A stretch of DNA of 63,920 bases, filler included, from Octopus bimaculoides (Eukaryota), in the NCBI RefSeq assembly GCF_001194135.2. It is 6 parts of 6 records of this genome, joined end to end, with 100 filler letters (N's around TTAATTAATTAA, not from the genome) between each part and the next. Parts side by side here need not be neighbours in the genome. Positions count along the whole stretch, not along the records: positions 1 to 28,813 come from NC_068985.1; 5 more parts are not named here. One strand, given 5' to 3'. Each line of letters starts with the position of its first letter. Position 1 is the first letter of the stretch. Below, piece after piece: positions 12,545 through 24,139 of the stretch. The translations under genes were made by a program, and so were the position numbers. The notes beneath the pieces are model-generated. The model saw only the letters and a list, made by a program, of their open reading frames with translations, was not told the DNA's origin and ran no database searches.

Positions 12545-15500
12545 ACGAGCAACGGTTAAAATATTTTAAGGTATTTTTGTTATGTCTGTTAATGTTCTGA
12601 GTTCAAATCCCTCTGGATTTTTTAAGCCTCGGAATTCGATAAAATAAAGTACCAGTAAAATAGCAGGATCTATCTATTCTACTGTTTCCTCGATAAAAAA
12701 AATGTGACCAGCCGTGGCTATGTGATATGAAGATTTCTTCCCAGCCATAGGCGAGCGCGCGTGTGTATGCGCGTGTGTGTAGGTGGGTGCTGACGTACTT
12801 ATGTTCCCGTAACCTTGTGGTTCGGTAAAACAGACCAATATAATAAGTACCAGGCCTTTAAAAAATAAGTAAATACTGGGGTCGATTTATTCGACAAAAA
12901 CTATTCAAAGCAATGCCCTAGTATGGCCGCAGTCTAATGACTGAAGCAAGTAAAAGATAAAAATAAAAATATATAGACGCAGACATGACCGTCTGGTAAG
13001 AAGCTTGCTTCACAACCGTATTGTTCCGGGTTCAGTCCCACTGCGTGATACCTTGATAGGTGTCTTCCACTATAGCCCTAGGCCGATGAAACCCTTGTGA
13101 GTGGATTTGATAAACGGAAACTGCAAAAAACCTGTCGTTATATGTTTGTGTTTCCCTTCCCACAGATTGACAAACGGTGTCGGTTTGTTTATGTCCCTGT
13201 AACTTATAGAGAGCGATAGGCTAAGTACTGAACTTTAAAATCTATGTAGTGAGGTCGATTTATTCCACTAAATCCTTTAAAACGATACCCCAGCATGGCC
13301 GCAGTCCAATGATCGAAACAAGTAAAAGATAAAAGGTTGGCCTTAATTAAAAAATATGTCTTTCATCATGAACACAACGAATACCAGAAACCAAAGATAT
13401 TTTGATGAATTGGGTGAAACATTTTTAATCTATCGGAGGAAGCTGTATATGTTCACTTGATGTGCGAAGAACAAGAGTCAAGTCTCTTTCAAATCATGTT
13501 CTACTCGGCTGTGTAGGCATGGTTGCATATCTAAGAATTTCACTCCGCAACCTCTTGATTTTGGGTTCAGTCCCACTGTGCGGGACCCTGGTCAAGTATT
13601 TTTTGCTATAACCCAGGCTTGATCAATGCCTTTTTAGGAAATTTGATATACAGAAACTGTGTGGAAGCCTGTCACACATATGTATGTGTGTGTGTGTGTG
13701 AGTGTGTGTATGTGTGTGTGTATGTGTGTGCGTTTTTGTTATTTTTCTGCTTGACAAGCGGTGTTCGTTTGTTTATATCCCCGTAACCTAACAGTTTAGC
13801 AAAATCAGTATTTTAGAAAGTACTGGGGTCGATCAAATAGACGCAAATACCTTAAGGCGGTGCTCCAGCATGGCATCAGTCCTGTTTCCTTAAAGAAATT
13901 AAAGAATACCTTCTTTAAAGCATCCACTGGTTAGAGAAGTCCTGGATTCCCAGTGCATAAATGAAAGGGTGGTTATGGAGGAAATGTCTTTACAGAGCTA
14001 ATAAACAAACTATTGACCCATGTTTCAACAAGAGAATTTCTTTAGGGTCGCTCAGATTGATTGAAATCACGCCCAACTCAGCTTACAAAAAGGGTCATAT
14101 TCGATAATATAAAGGCGCGTGACTCAGGGGTTAGAGCGTCGGGCTCACAATCATGTGGTAGTGAGTTCGATTTCCGGAGAGGGCTATGAGTTGTGTTCCC
14201 ATGCGAGGCACTTTATTTCACGTTGCTGCAGTTCACTCGGCTGTAAAAACGAGTTGCGACGTCACTGGTGCCAAGCTGTGTCGGCTTTTGTCTTTCCTTT
14301 GAATAACATTGATGGCGTGGAGAGAGGTGACTAGTACGCATGGGTGACTGCTGGTCTACCATAAACAACCTTGCCCGGTCTTGTGCCTCGGAGAGGAACT
14401 TTCTACGTGCAATCCCATGCTCATTCATGACCGAAGGGGGTCTTTGTATCTGAAAATCAGTAAGATGGCCATGGCTTGGAATGCTTGTATATGGCTGTGT
14501 GGTTAAGATGCTAGCTTTGCAGCAGCCATGGGATTTTGGCTTCGGTACTGCTGCTGCAGCAAGTTGGACAGGTGCTTTCTAGTATAGACTTGGTGTGATC
14601 AGTGCCTTGTGAGTGAATTTGGTACTCGGAAACTGGGTTGGAAACCCATTGTATGTATGTAATGTGTGAGTGTGAGCGTTCGCGCATATATGAATGCCTG
14701 TGTGTGTATGTGCATGTCTTTGTGCTTGTGTTTGTCCCACTCACCCCATTCACTGACAACCGTCATTGGCTCGTTTACGTCCCTATAACTTAACAATTTA
14801 GAAAAACGAAAGTGATAGAGAAAGTAGAGCCTGACTTTAAAAATAATGTGGTTGATTTGTTCGACTAAACCTTTCAAGGCGTTGCCCCCGCATGGTCGTA
14901 GTACACTGACTGAAACAAGTGAAAGATAAAAGATAAGAGATATCTGTTCGATCAGAGCTAACTCAACAACAACAACAATACCAACACCAACAACAACAGC
15001 AACTATTGATTTCACCAGCTGCAGTTCAAAACTTTTTTTTAATTCTCTCAAATATTTCAATTCAATGAAAAATGGTAAAATTCTTTTGAATGCAATACAG
15101 CACGATAGCTAAATATTTGGAACATTGCTTTCAAATATGTTTTAAGCATATAAATATTTTATAAAACATTAAATAGGCTTTCACATACTGAAATAATTTG
15201 GTAAATGTTTCATGGTGTTTCATACAATTTAATCATGCTAGTATTTGCTACATCTACACCTGTAACTATACAATATATTTTTCTCTTTACCGTGAGAGAT
15301 CAATAGGTCTCAAATTTGGTTTACCTATTGACGAGCGCGTAGCTTGAGTATAAACCTAATATTATCATTAAATATATTTCAACTGTTTATATATTGGGAA
15401 CAATGGCGTATTTTCGTGTTGTTTTTGTTGCTTAGCTCAATATCAGTCATCATTTGAATGAGCAGATCATAAAATTATCTTCTTTCTTTCTTTCTTTCTG

Positions 15501-16200
15501 TTTTTATTTATTTATTTATGTATTTATTTATTTATAGTCATCTAGCCAGTTATTTAGTTGAGACTTAATACACACAGGGCTACATAATTCGATCAGGTCT
15601 TTTTTTCTCTTGGTTTTCAGACAAGGCTGTCTAGCTGGCGCAGTTATGGCTGCGTGGTTAAGAAGCTCGTTTTGCAACCACATGGTTTCGTGTTCAATCG
15701 CTCTGTACGGTACCTTGGGCAAGTGTCTTCTACCATAACCCCGACCCGACAGATTACTTGTGAGTGAATTTGGTACATGAAAACTGTGTGGAAGACTCTC
15801 ATATATGATGGGGTACTGAAAAGTTCCGGGCTTTAAGGGTGTCGCAAAAAGCTTGTTTGGAGGCCCAACCTTCCGAGTTCTTTTACAGGGCTAAGAAAAA
15901 CTGAAGGACCGCTGCACTAATTGTGTGAATCTGAGAGGGAAATCTGTTGAATAAAATCATCATTAACTGACCCTCCTCTATTTTCTTTTACCCGAAGCCA
16001 GGAACATTTCAGTTATCCTTCGTATATATATATATGTATATCTTTGTATGTCTGTATTTGCGTTTGTCCATCTCTGAGATTAACAACTCCAGTAGGTTTG
16101 TTTACATGCTCGTAACCTAGTGGTTCGGCAATAGGGGTTGACAGAATAAAAGAAAGCACTGTGATCGATTTATTCAAAGTGACGCCGCAATGACTGACAT
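12545..16200 (+). mobile_element. Cluster of about seven co-oriented SINEs (B about 12545; A about 12705, 12978, 13515, 14490, 15630; family C 14114-14447)
   Basis: Repeated family A heads (GGCTGTGTGGTAAGAAGCTTGCTT...GGTTCAGTCCCACTG) and tails (GGGGTCGATTT..CGACTAAA...CAGCATGGCCGCAGTC). The family C head is GGCGCGTGACTCAGGGGTTAGAGCG...GAGTTCGATTTCC. Confidence 0.8.
15806..16022 (+). mobile_element. Mariner-derived MITE (217 bp) with TA target-site duplication, inserted in a SINE microsatellite
   Basis: Left TIR TA|TGATGGGGTACTGAAAAGTTCCGGGCTT; right TIR AAGCCAGGAACATTTCAGTTATCCTTCG|TA. The interior retains a mariner C-terminal remnant (DRC..CVNLRG..VE*). Confidence 0.8.
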
Positions 16201-16498
16201 AAAATAACAAATTGAAGAGAATAAAAGTATAGTATTACGGGCTTAAGGAGATTTAACTGCTATTTCTGGCACATCGATCCATAACATACAGGCGCCTCTG
16301 TGTATGGAATACATTATTGAATTGAAATGTGAGAGAGAGATAGGGGAGGGGAGGGGAGGGCGAGAGATAGAAGGAACGGATGAAATCAAAGCAAAAATAT
16401 AAAAAGATGGTGGCTGAGAGGAGACAAAGAGCAGGATAAAGGATAGCGAAAGAAACTTCAGCTCCATTTCTCTTTCCCTCCCTCAATCTTTCTCCCTC

Positions 16499-16661
<163 letters not shown>

Positions 16662-17349
16662 TTTTCTTTTTATTTATTCTAATATATTTATTTTTATTTT
16701 ATTACGGTTCAATACATTGTATGAGTAATGAACCGTTCCACTGCCACAGAACATTGAAGATCAAGGCTTGAACCGAGTTGCGGAAATGTGATAGTCCGTT
16801 AGTTTTTCAATCTAACAATTAGTCCACGCATCAGATCTGGTCCCTTGATTGGAGAAAGAGCTTATTTTATTCTATTTTTTTAATGTTTTATCTTATTATC
16901 ATTTCAAAGAAGACTTTATTATTGCTGTCGTTGTTGTTGCTGTTGTTGTTCTCTTGACCATTTCAGCCAGATGAGAATTTAAACCGTAGTGACAAACATC
17001 AGAAAAGCCAAATGTCACCACGAATCACATCTCTCCGTCTTCTAAGCGAAAGGTATTGTCTGTCATTTCCAAAGACTAGAGTTAGGCTTGGAGAAGTCTG
17101 TTCTGAGTGAGTTCACAAATACCTAACCCCTTTTTTAAAGTTTTAACTTCTGAATGTTTATCGGCTTCGCTGCGTAGGATACAAGTATGTGTAAGTGTTT
17201 ATTATATAATGTATTTATAGAATATATATAAGATATATTTTTGCTATCATTTATATAAAATATTATATAAATGCATTCGTGTATATTATATATGTGTGTG
17301 GGTGTGTGTATTTAAACACACACACATGTATTTAAACACACACACACAC

Positions 17350-17404
17350 AGTAGCTCATAACTATATACTGTGTATATTACACAGTATATAGTTATGAGC
17401 TACT
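17350..17404. repeat. Perfect 26-bp inverted repeat with a 3-nt loop
   Basis: AGTAGCTCATAACTATATACTGTGTA (17350-17375) - TAT - TACACAGTATATAGTTATGAGCTACT (17379-17404). Confidence 0.97.
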
Positions 17405-19087
17405 AATAGTTTCATACTTGAAGATATTATCTAGGCAAGTTTTAAAACAAGCCTAGTGTTTCCAAGTAGCCTTGGAGAAAAGAAAGAGGAACAGAAGCAG
17501 ATGAGAGGATCAGTCGGTCGGTGAAAAATGTGAGTTTCTGAAAGGGTGGTATAAAACTACATGTGGTGAATTTGTCATTAAAGAGGAGAGAATCCCGTCT
17601 CGGTTAAACATATTTAAAGGATCTGCATACTTAATTTTTGATTTGGGAATTTTCTTCTTTTTTCTTGCACAGAATAAAGTTGTTGTTTTTTTTTTTGTTT
17701 TTTGTTTTTTTGTTTTTTTTAGTAGCCGCGTATATTACTATTTCAGCCTTCTATGGAATCGTCCGTGCGGCACAACTCAAAACACAAACTATGTACGAAC
17801 GTTCATAAAAAGAGGAGAGAGGACAAAAGAAGATAGTCCATTGTTTAAAAGGCAAAATTTCATCTGCTTGCTTTTCATTCCTCTTAAATCGTTGACTATT
17901 TAATAGTTGAAAAAAAAAGAGAAAGGGAAAAATCTCTTACATGCAGATGAGATATTTCCAGAACTGTTTTGCGTTGCAAAAGAGTTCTTTGTCTAGTTAC
18001 AGTTAATGTTTATGCTACAAACAAATTTCATAAGCCCGCTCTAGTAAATTCTTCCTGCGTGCAGATGAGGGTTTCGGGCTGCTATTTCTTATTACATTAT
18101 CCATCGTGATGAGTTAGAATTTACATTCTTCTTATCCATCTTGCAGTGAATTTTGCTACCAATTACTGTGGATAAAGTTAGAAAAGCAACAGAGAGTTAA
18201 AGGGGTTGCTTAGATTACATGAAATCTATTAGAGAAGCGTATAAAGAAAAACTTAGAGAAACGTATGAAGAAAAATACCGTAACTTGCTAACGATTTCGT
18301 TTAATCTAAGAATCTCGTATAAAGAATGGTGTTGTGATAAATAGAATAATATAGAACTGATAATTAGAGAAAAACCAAAAATTTAAAATAAATATTTAAA
18401 CTTACGTAGGTTGATTTGAACGGATCGATATGTGGTAAAAGGAAAACGTTTGGCAAAATTTATGACGGCAGAAGATTATTACCTCACTCAACATACTTAG
18501 AAGAATGTTCTTATTCTCGTGTAATTTCGGGGAATTCTCTGCAGTTCAAATGGTAAGCTATCCGATATTCCTCGTACTGTTTCTAGTCTTAATGACAGAC
18601 CAGGAGATATTGTATATGATTTTGGTCTTGTGATGATGAATGTCAATTGCCTGCAGTTTCTTTCTTTTCCTTCTTCTTCAAATATCTTACAATAGCCTCT
18701 TCTTTCCTTGTCGTTTCACTCTTTCTTTATCTAATTTCTAGATTCCAATATTTAATCTGAATATTTCTCCTGTCGCATTGGCCAATCACTCTTCTGAATA
18801 ATATTCTGTATTTACCACATGAAAGGATTCATGTATCGAGATTGTTTTTAATTATTTAAATTCTTCCCCCGAGGAAGGATCTGGTTTCTAACAATGATAC
18901 AAAGCTCTCTCGCTATAATGTAGATAACGAAAACAATGAAAATCCAAGATTCACCCAGATTGTCAGTTAAGCATTTACTCACAAAATCAAGTGCACCACA
19001 TAATATTAATAGAAATATAAAATTATAATCTAGATATAGAAACTGAAGATGTACGTACGTACTACGTATGTATGTATGCATGTATGA

Positions 19088-20771
19088 TTTTTTTTTTTTT
19101 AGTTTAATTTAAGTTCTTCGTGAGCGAGTTCAAGCCGGTTGCAAACAAACCAACAAGACTTTGTGAGTTAAGAGAGTTCCCAGTTTTTGTGAATATGTGT
19201 TTGAGTTGGTGTATTGGTTGACCTATCGATGCTACACCCATGTGTCCTCATCTTTTCACATAAGAATCTCACATGGAGAATTTCTAGAATGTCTTGCAAA
19301 TCTTCACTGTACCACTAATAGATTGGATTTGGAGAATCTGCGTCAGTTTCTTTTGCTCTTTTTCCGTGAAACCAAGTGTTTCTAGGTTTTTGTGCAAATT
19401 TGTTTGTACATAACCTAATTCACTTATGATGATAAGTACAAATGAGAATTTACAGTCAGGATACAATAGCTGTATGTTTCGCGTTAATTCACCATAAATA
19501 TTCTTTTTTTTTCCTGGACATTTAACTGTACGTTCACATCTGATGAGCAGATAACCTCTACAGCAGTTCCCTATCCCATAGAACAATATCAGGTCTGTTA
19601 TGTTTGCATCGAACTGATGTTTTCTTTGGAGTGTTCCACCAGTATTCCTTGTTTTTAAAGGTGTGAATACCTGCTGGTTCTGACATACCTTTGATGTATA
19701 CATCAGAGCAGTCCTTCCTACCGAAGATGACCTAAAGTTATATTCTGGTAATATGACCAACATCAAGAGACAACTAGAACTAGTCACAACATTCTCACAA
19801 GATATAAGAATAGTCAACTGAGGAAAGATCGACGACCAGGCATAGAACATGTACATCAATAGTTTGTCTGTCTCCCCTTATCTCTAGTGATGAAAGCTTC
19901 AAATACCTCGGAATCGATGAGAATGTTGCATACTTTGGTACTATGACTAAAGCCAGAATAACAAGAGAGTACTTCTGCAGACTCCTGAAAATATGGAACT
20001 CAGAGCTGTCTGTATTTAACAAGACCATATCTCAGAATGGTTCTGCAGTACCAGTTCTAGTACCAACATTTGTAATGTTGGACTGGACACTCGATGAGAT
20101 ACGCAGCCTGGACATCAAAACCAGAGAGTTATTGACCACCACTGGTAACTTCCACATTAACAGTAACACCGATAGAATTTATGTGAAACGAAGTGATGGT
20201 GGTAGAGGCATAAGGTCAATCCAAACAGCCTTTGAATGTCGCATAGTGTCACGCAAACAACACCTGCTGAACAGTAAAGAAAGAAATTAATACACCCCAT
20301 GGGTACTCAAAAGTGAAAGCAACAACATCTTCAGAGTTGGAGAAGAACTACTGTGTCATTACTTTGAGAAGACAACTGTCTCATGCGACCCAAATGAGGC
20401 AGGAATGGCCTACCTAAACAAAAGCTTGGGGGAGAAGCAGGCATCTTACCAACAAAAAGCAATGCATGGGTACGTATGCTAGAGGGCAACAACAGCATTA
20501 ACAGGAAGAGTAGTCTCTCCTGGAACTACAATAGATACAAAATATCCCACCTAGAAGGATATGCCTTCGCTATCCAGGAATATGAGATAGCTACTAAATT
20601 CTTGATAAAGAAAAGGACAAAGATACCATCAAACCTCCACGTTGTGATAAAAGATGTCGGCTCTACTGGAAGATATCAGTGTGGAAGATATCACCCAAAA
20701 TGTCTACGAGATACTACCTGCCCCTGAAGCATGATATAGCTGCAAAAACTATTCACAATGCTATCCGTAGG
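19088..20771 (-). mobile_element. R4/Dong-clade (restriction-like endonuclease) non-LTR retrotransposon, 5'-truncated and 5'-inverted
   Basis: Minus strand 19721 to 19088: RKDC...EYWWN...KHNRPDIVLWD, then IYGELTRNIQLLYPDCKFSFV...LQIQSISGTVKICKTF (PD-(D/E)xK-type RLE domain), 3' UTR and an A13 tail. Plus strand 19722-20771: EDDLKLY, SFKYLGIDE, RIYVKRSDGGRG, EGYAFAIQE, KMSTRYYLPLKHDIAAKTIHNAIRR (RT end to zinc knuckle). Multiple stops and frameshifts. Confidence 0.88.
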
Positions 20772-22796
20772 TATATGCATGCATGTTTGTATGTATGTAT
20801 GTATGTATGTATGTATGTATGTATGTATGTATGTATGTATGTATGTATGTATGCATGCATACAAGTATGTAGGTATGTATTAATTACATGAAATACTGCA
20901 GTAGCTTGTGAATAAGCTGGAAATAAATATTCATATATACATTTAGTGAACGTCCGTTTAGCTTTGCTATTCAAACTGAGACTATGTTTAATAAGCCACA
21001 GAGTTATGTTTTGGAGAACAAACTGAAGAACAATTCAACTAGTTTCCCCTGAATAAGTTCGTGAGCCGAATTTATTTTATTTATTCTATAGCAAGAGAGT
21101 GTATACATTGTAGCTACTTACTTACAACCTGTCTATAACTACGCTGTCTCCTTCAGTTAATACGCGTTGCCAACGAATATGAAAAGCAATGCCTGATGTT
21201 TATCAAATTTCTCTCGAGTAATTGGTCTTCCTTGAGAGTTGTACTTGCTATTATCATTCAGATCCTCTCGTGGGTCAATAAATTTATCATTCATTCATAG
21301 ATACCTCGTATCGTGTAGTGTCAAGTAATTGACTCGATCGGATAAGTCATCATTATAAAATTGTAACTGATAGACAGATGACCGACTATTTGCAGACCAG
21401 AGAACACTTGGTGGTGATATCTCAATAAACAGCCGTCACCATTAATAATAGGGATATTAGCAACTCGGCTTGAAAATATAACAGCCTAAGTCTAGTGCTA
21501 TCTTTGTAAATAGAGAGAAATTACATATATAAATACACCATCTACGACATTATGATTGCAGTGTATGCGTGAGTGTTATGTTTGTGTATATAGGCGTTAG
21601 GATAGGGAGTGTAATATGTGTATTTTGAGAATGAATGAGTGAGTGAGCGAGGGAGGGAGGGAGGAAGTGGGTGGGGGAGTGAGGGAGTGAGTGTGCATAG
21701 GTGAGTGTACGTATACGAGCATGTGTGATTGTGTATATAACTGAGCTGGCCTGAAGATGCGTGTATAAGAATCGAAGGTGTATTTATGTGCATGTATCTG
21801 AAAGTATACAGTAATGTAAATGAGAACGTATGTATCTAATGCTGTTAAAGAAAGCATGAACATCACAATTTGTCAATCCGGTCAAATAACAAATGACTAG
21901 AGGTTTATAGGCATTGCTTTGGTTTTTTGGGTTTTTTTGTTTTTTTTTTTGTCTAATGTGTCTCCCTGATTAGAACCGTCATTTTGCCCTTGGTTACTTT
22001 TAAGGTAGGCAAATATTTTGCAACGCCGAATGGTTAAGATGTTCGCTTCGCAATCATGAGGTACCAAGTTCGATCCCACAGCGTGAAAGCGTAAGTTTTT
22101 ACAGCGTCCACGGATCAACCCAAGCCTTTTGAATGAAATTGTGTTGCGGGAAACTATATAGAATTACTTGTATCTGCAATTGAACAGGTCTGGTCTCATC
22201 ACACTGTGTCACACTAATTCTTCTTATAGAATTTAGTTAAGGGTATACGTTTCAGTAAGAATACTCAGCTATTTCCACGTTAATTGACGTCGAAGGTCGA
22301 TCAGCAGTACAAATTGATTTAGCAACTGAAATCTCATGATCGAAATTGTCTGAGACCGATACAGTAGAAATGTATGTTATGCGGTTTCCACCATAATTTC
22401 TCTCAGCCCATCTCGGAGAACTTAAAGAAAGGTCCTAGACAAGAAATCCTCTTACTTAAAGATATTTTCCAACACTCTTTAAAAATCTGTCTATTCAAAA
22501 TACCGATTTCATTAATTAACAATAAACTTATTTTCCCATTTTCTTCTCTCACTCGAAAGATATATGTAAATGAGTAAGCTTACAATTTTGCACTACATTT
22601 AAATTTAACCTTTTAAAAGTCTTTTATTCATCTAATGAACTCTTAATACCTAAATTTCTGCGGACTCCACGTTGAGAGGAACTACTGGACTAAGATTTCT
22701 TTCTTCTTTTCTGTAAGTAAAATGACCCTATATCTTAGAAGTGTTAACGCCTAACGAGATCTCAATGTGCAAACTTAAAATCAAACGCCCTCCATT

Positions 22797-23010
22797 AAGG
22801 CAGCGAGCTGGTGGAATCGTTACGCGCTGGGCAAATGCTTGACGGCATTTCGTCTTTCTACGTTCTGAGTTCAAACTCCACCGAGGTCGACTTTGTTTTT
22901 CATCTCATTTGGGAACGATAAAATAAGTACTAGGTGAGCAGTGGGATCGATCTAATCGATCTAACCCACTCTCCCGAAATTGATGACCTTATGCCAAAGT
23001 TTGAGACCGA
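22797..23010 (+). mobile_element. SINE family B copy
   Basis: AAGGCAGCGAGCTGGTGGAATCGTT...GAGTTCAAACTCCACCGAGGTCGACTTTG...GGCCTT-type tail. Confidence 0.8.
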
Positions 23011-23806
23011 TGTCAATGGCCCTCTAATTATAACCATTTTATTTCAGTTTTGTATATTATATCTAAAACTACATTATCCGATGTGCCGTTCCTCTTATTA
23101 AAACGGTAGGATATGATTTGAAGGAGATTTGGCTACTATATTTAGCAAGCTGAACTGCTGTATAGATACTCTATCGTTAGTGTATTTTAGAACTGAGCGA
23201 TGGCATATTGTAAAGTTCCCGAAGGATGTTGGTATGAGTCCGTTTGAACCAAAACTTGAACTCATGAGATGAACTTCATGACAGTTTATTTTGACAAGAC
23301 ATAAACACTGTAATTTCTTATGTTCTTATTCTTTTTTTTTTTTCGGTTTTACTCAAAGAGCACTCTGATAGCTGACATAATTACTAAAAGACTAGATAAA
23401 ATGCCTATCGATAAAGAGTTATGGTTCTTTAAGTTCTAATTTCTAACCTCACTTAGGTCAGCGTTGACTTTCATTTTTTCGAAGTTCAGAAAATGAAATA
23501 CTAGTCATGTACTGTCTTGAAATAATCGATTATATGCCTCCACTAAATATGTGAGATGCCGATGAAGGAATCTATACGTGGCCTTTCAACCTGCTATAAA
23601 TAACTCTCACATATCTTTCGAGTCACATATCACCATCTCACGAAAATATACATCGGATAATGTTGTCCTGGGTTCCTTCTATATACGAGAAAGGCGGGAT
23701 GGTCATGACTGGGATCCTTCTGACCATAGTTCTATTCAGTCAGAGATTACTTGTGGCTAATGAATAAAATTGCCGTCCTTGTATTTAAAATAGAAATTAT
23801 CTAGAA

Positions 23807-24100
23807 CAAGGGTTTTCAAACTGTGGTTCGCGGACCACAGTGGGTCCGCAAGACAAGACAGGGGCTCCGTGGACAGCAAATACTTTTTATGGGCAATTTG
23901 ATTTTATATATGTTTTTTAATCGAAATCTTTTGATTGACAATAAACCGATTTGTTAAATACTGTTAAATAAATAAATGTAAAAATATATGTTATTTTAAG
24001 CAAATATTTATGTATAAATTTCATAAGCGTTCATAAGCGTTTATAAAGTAAAGCCTGAAATATAAAGTGGTCCGCAAGTCAAAAAGTTTGAAAACCCCTG
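23807..24100. mobile_element. hAT (Charlie-like) MITE, 294 bp, with a perfect 8-bp TSD
   Basis: TIRs CAAGGGTTTTCAAACT and AGTTTGAAAACCCCTG. ATCTAGAA lies on both sides (23799-23806 and 24101-24108). Confidence 0.92.
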
Positions 24101-24139
24101 ATCTAGAATATTATTCTACTACTAGGCGTGATCATACAA

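Noticed and set aside
18420-18840. Coding-like minus-strand stretch, possibly a Penelope RT-EN linker
   Set aside because: Too many stops and frameshifts, and no diagnostic motif identifiable by eye.
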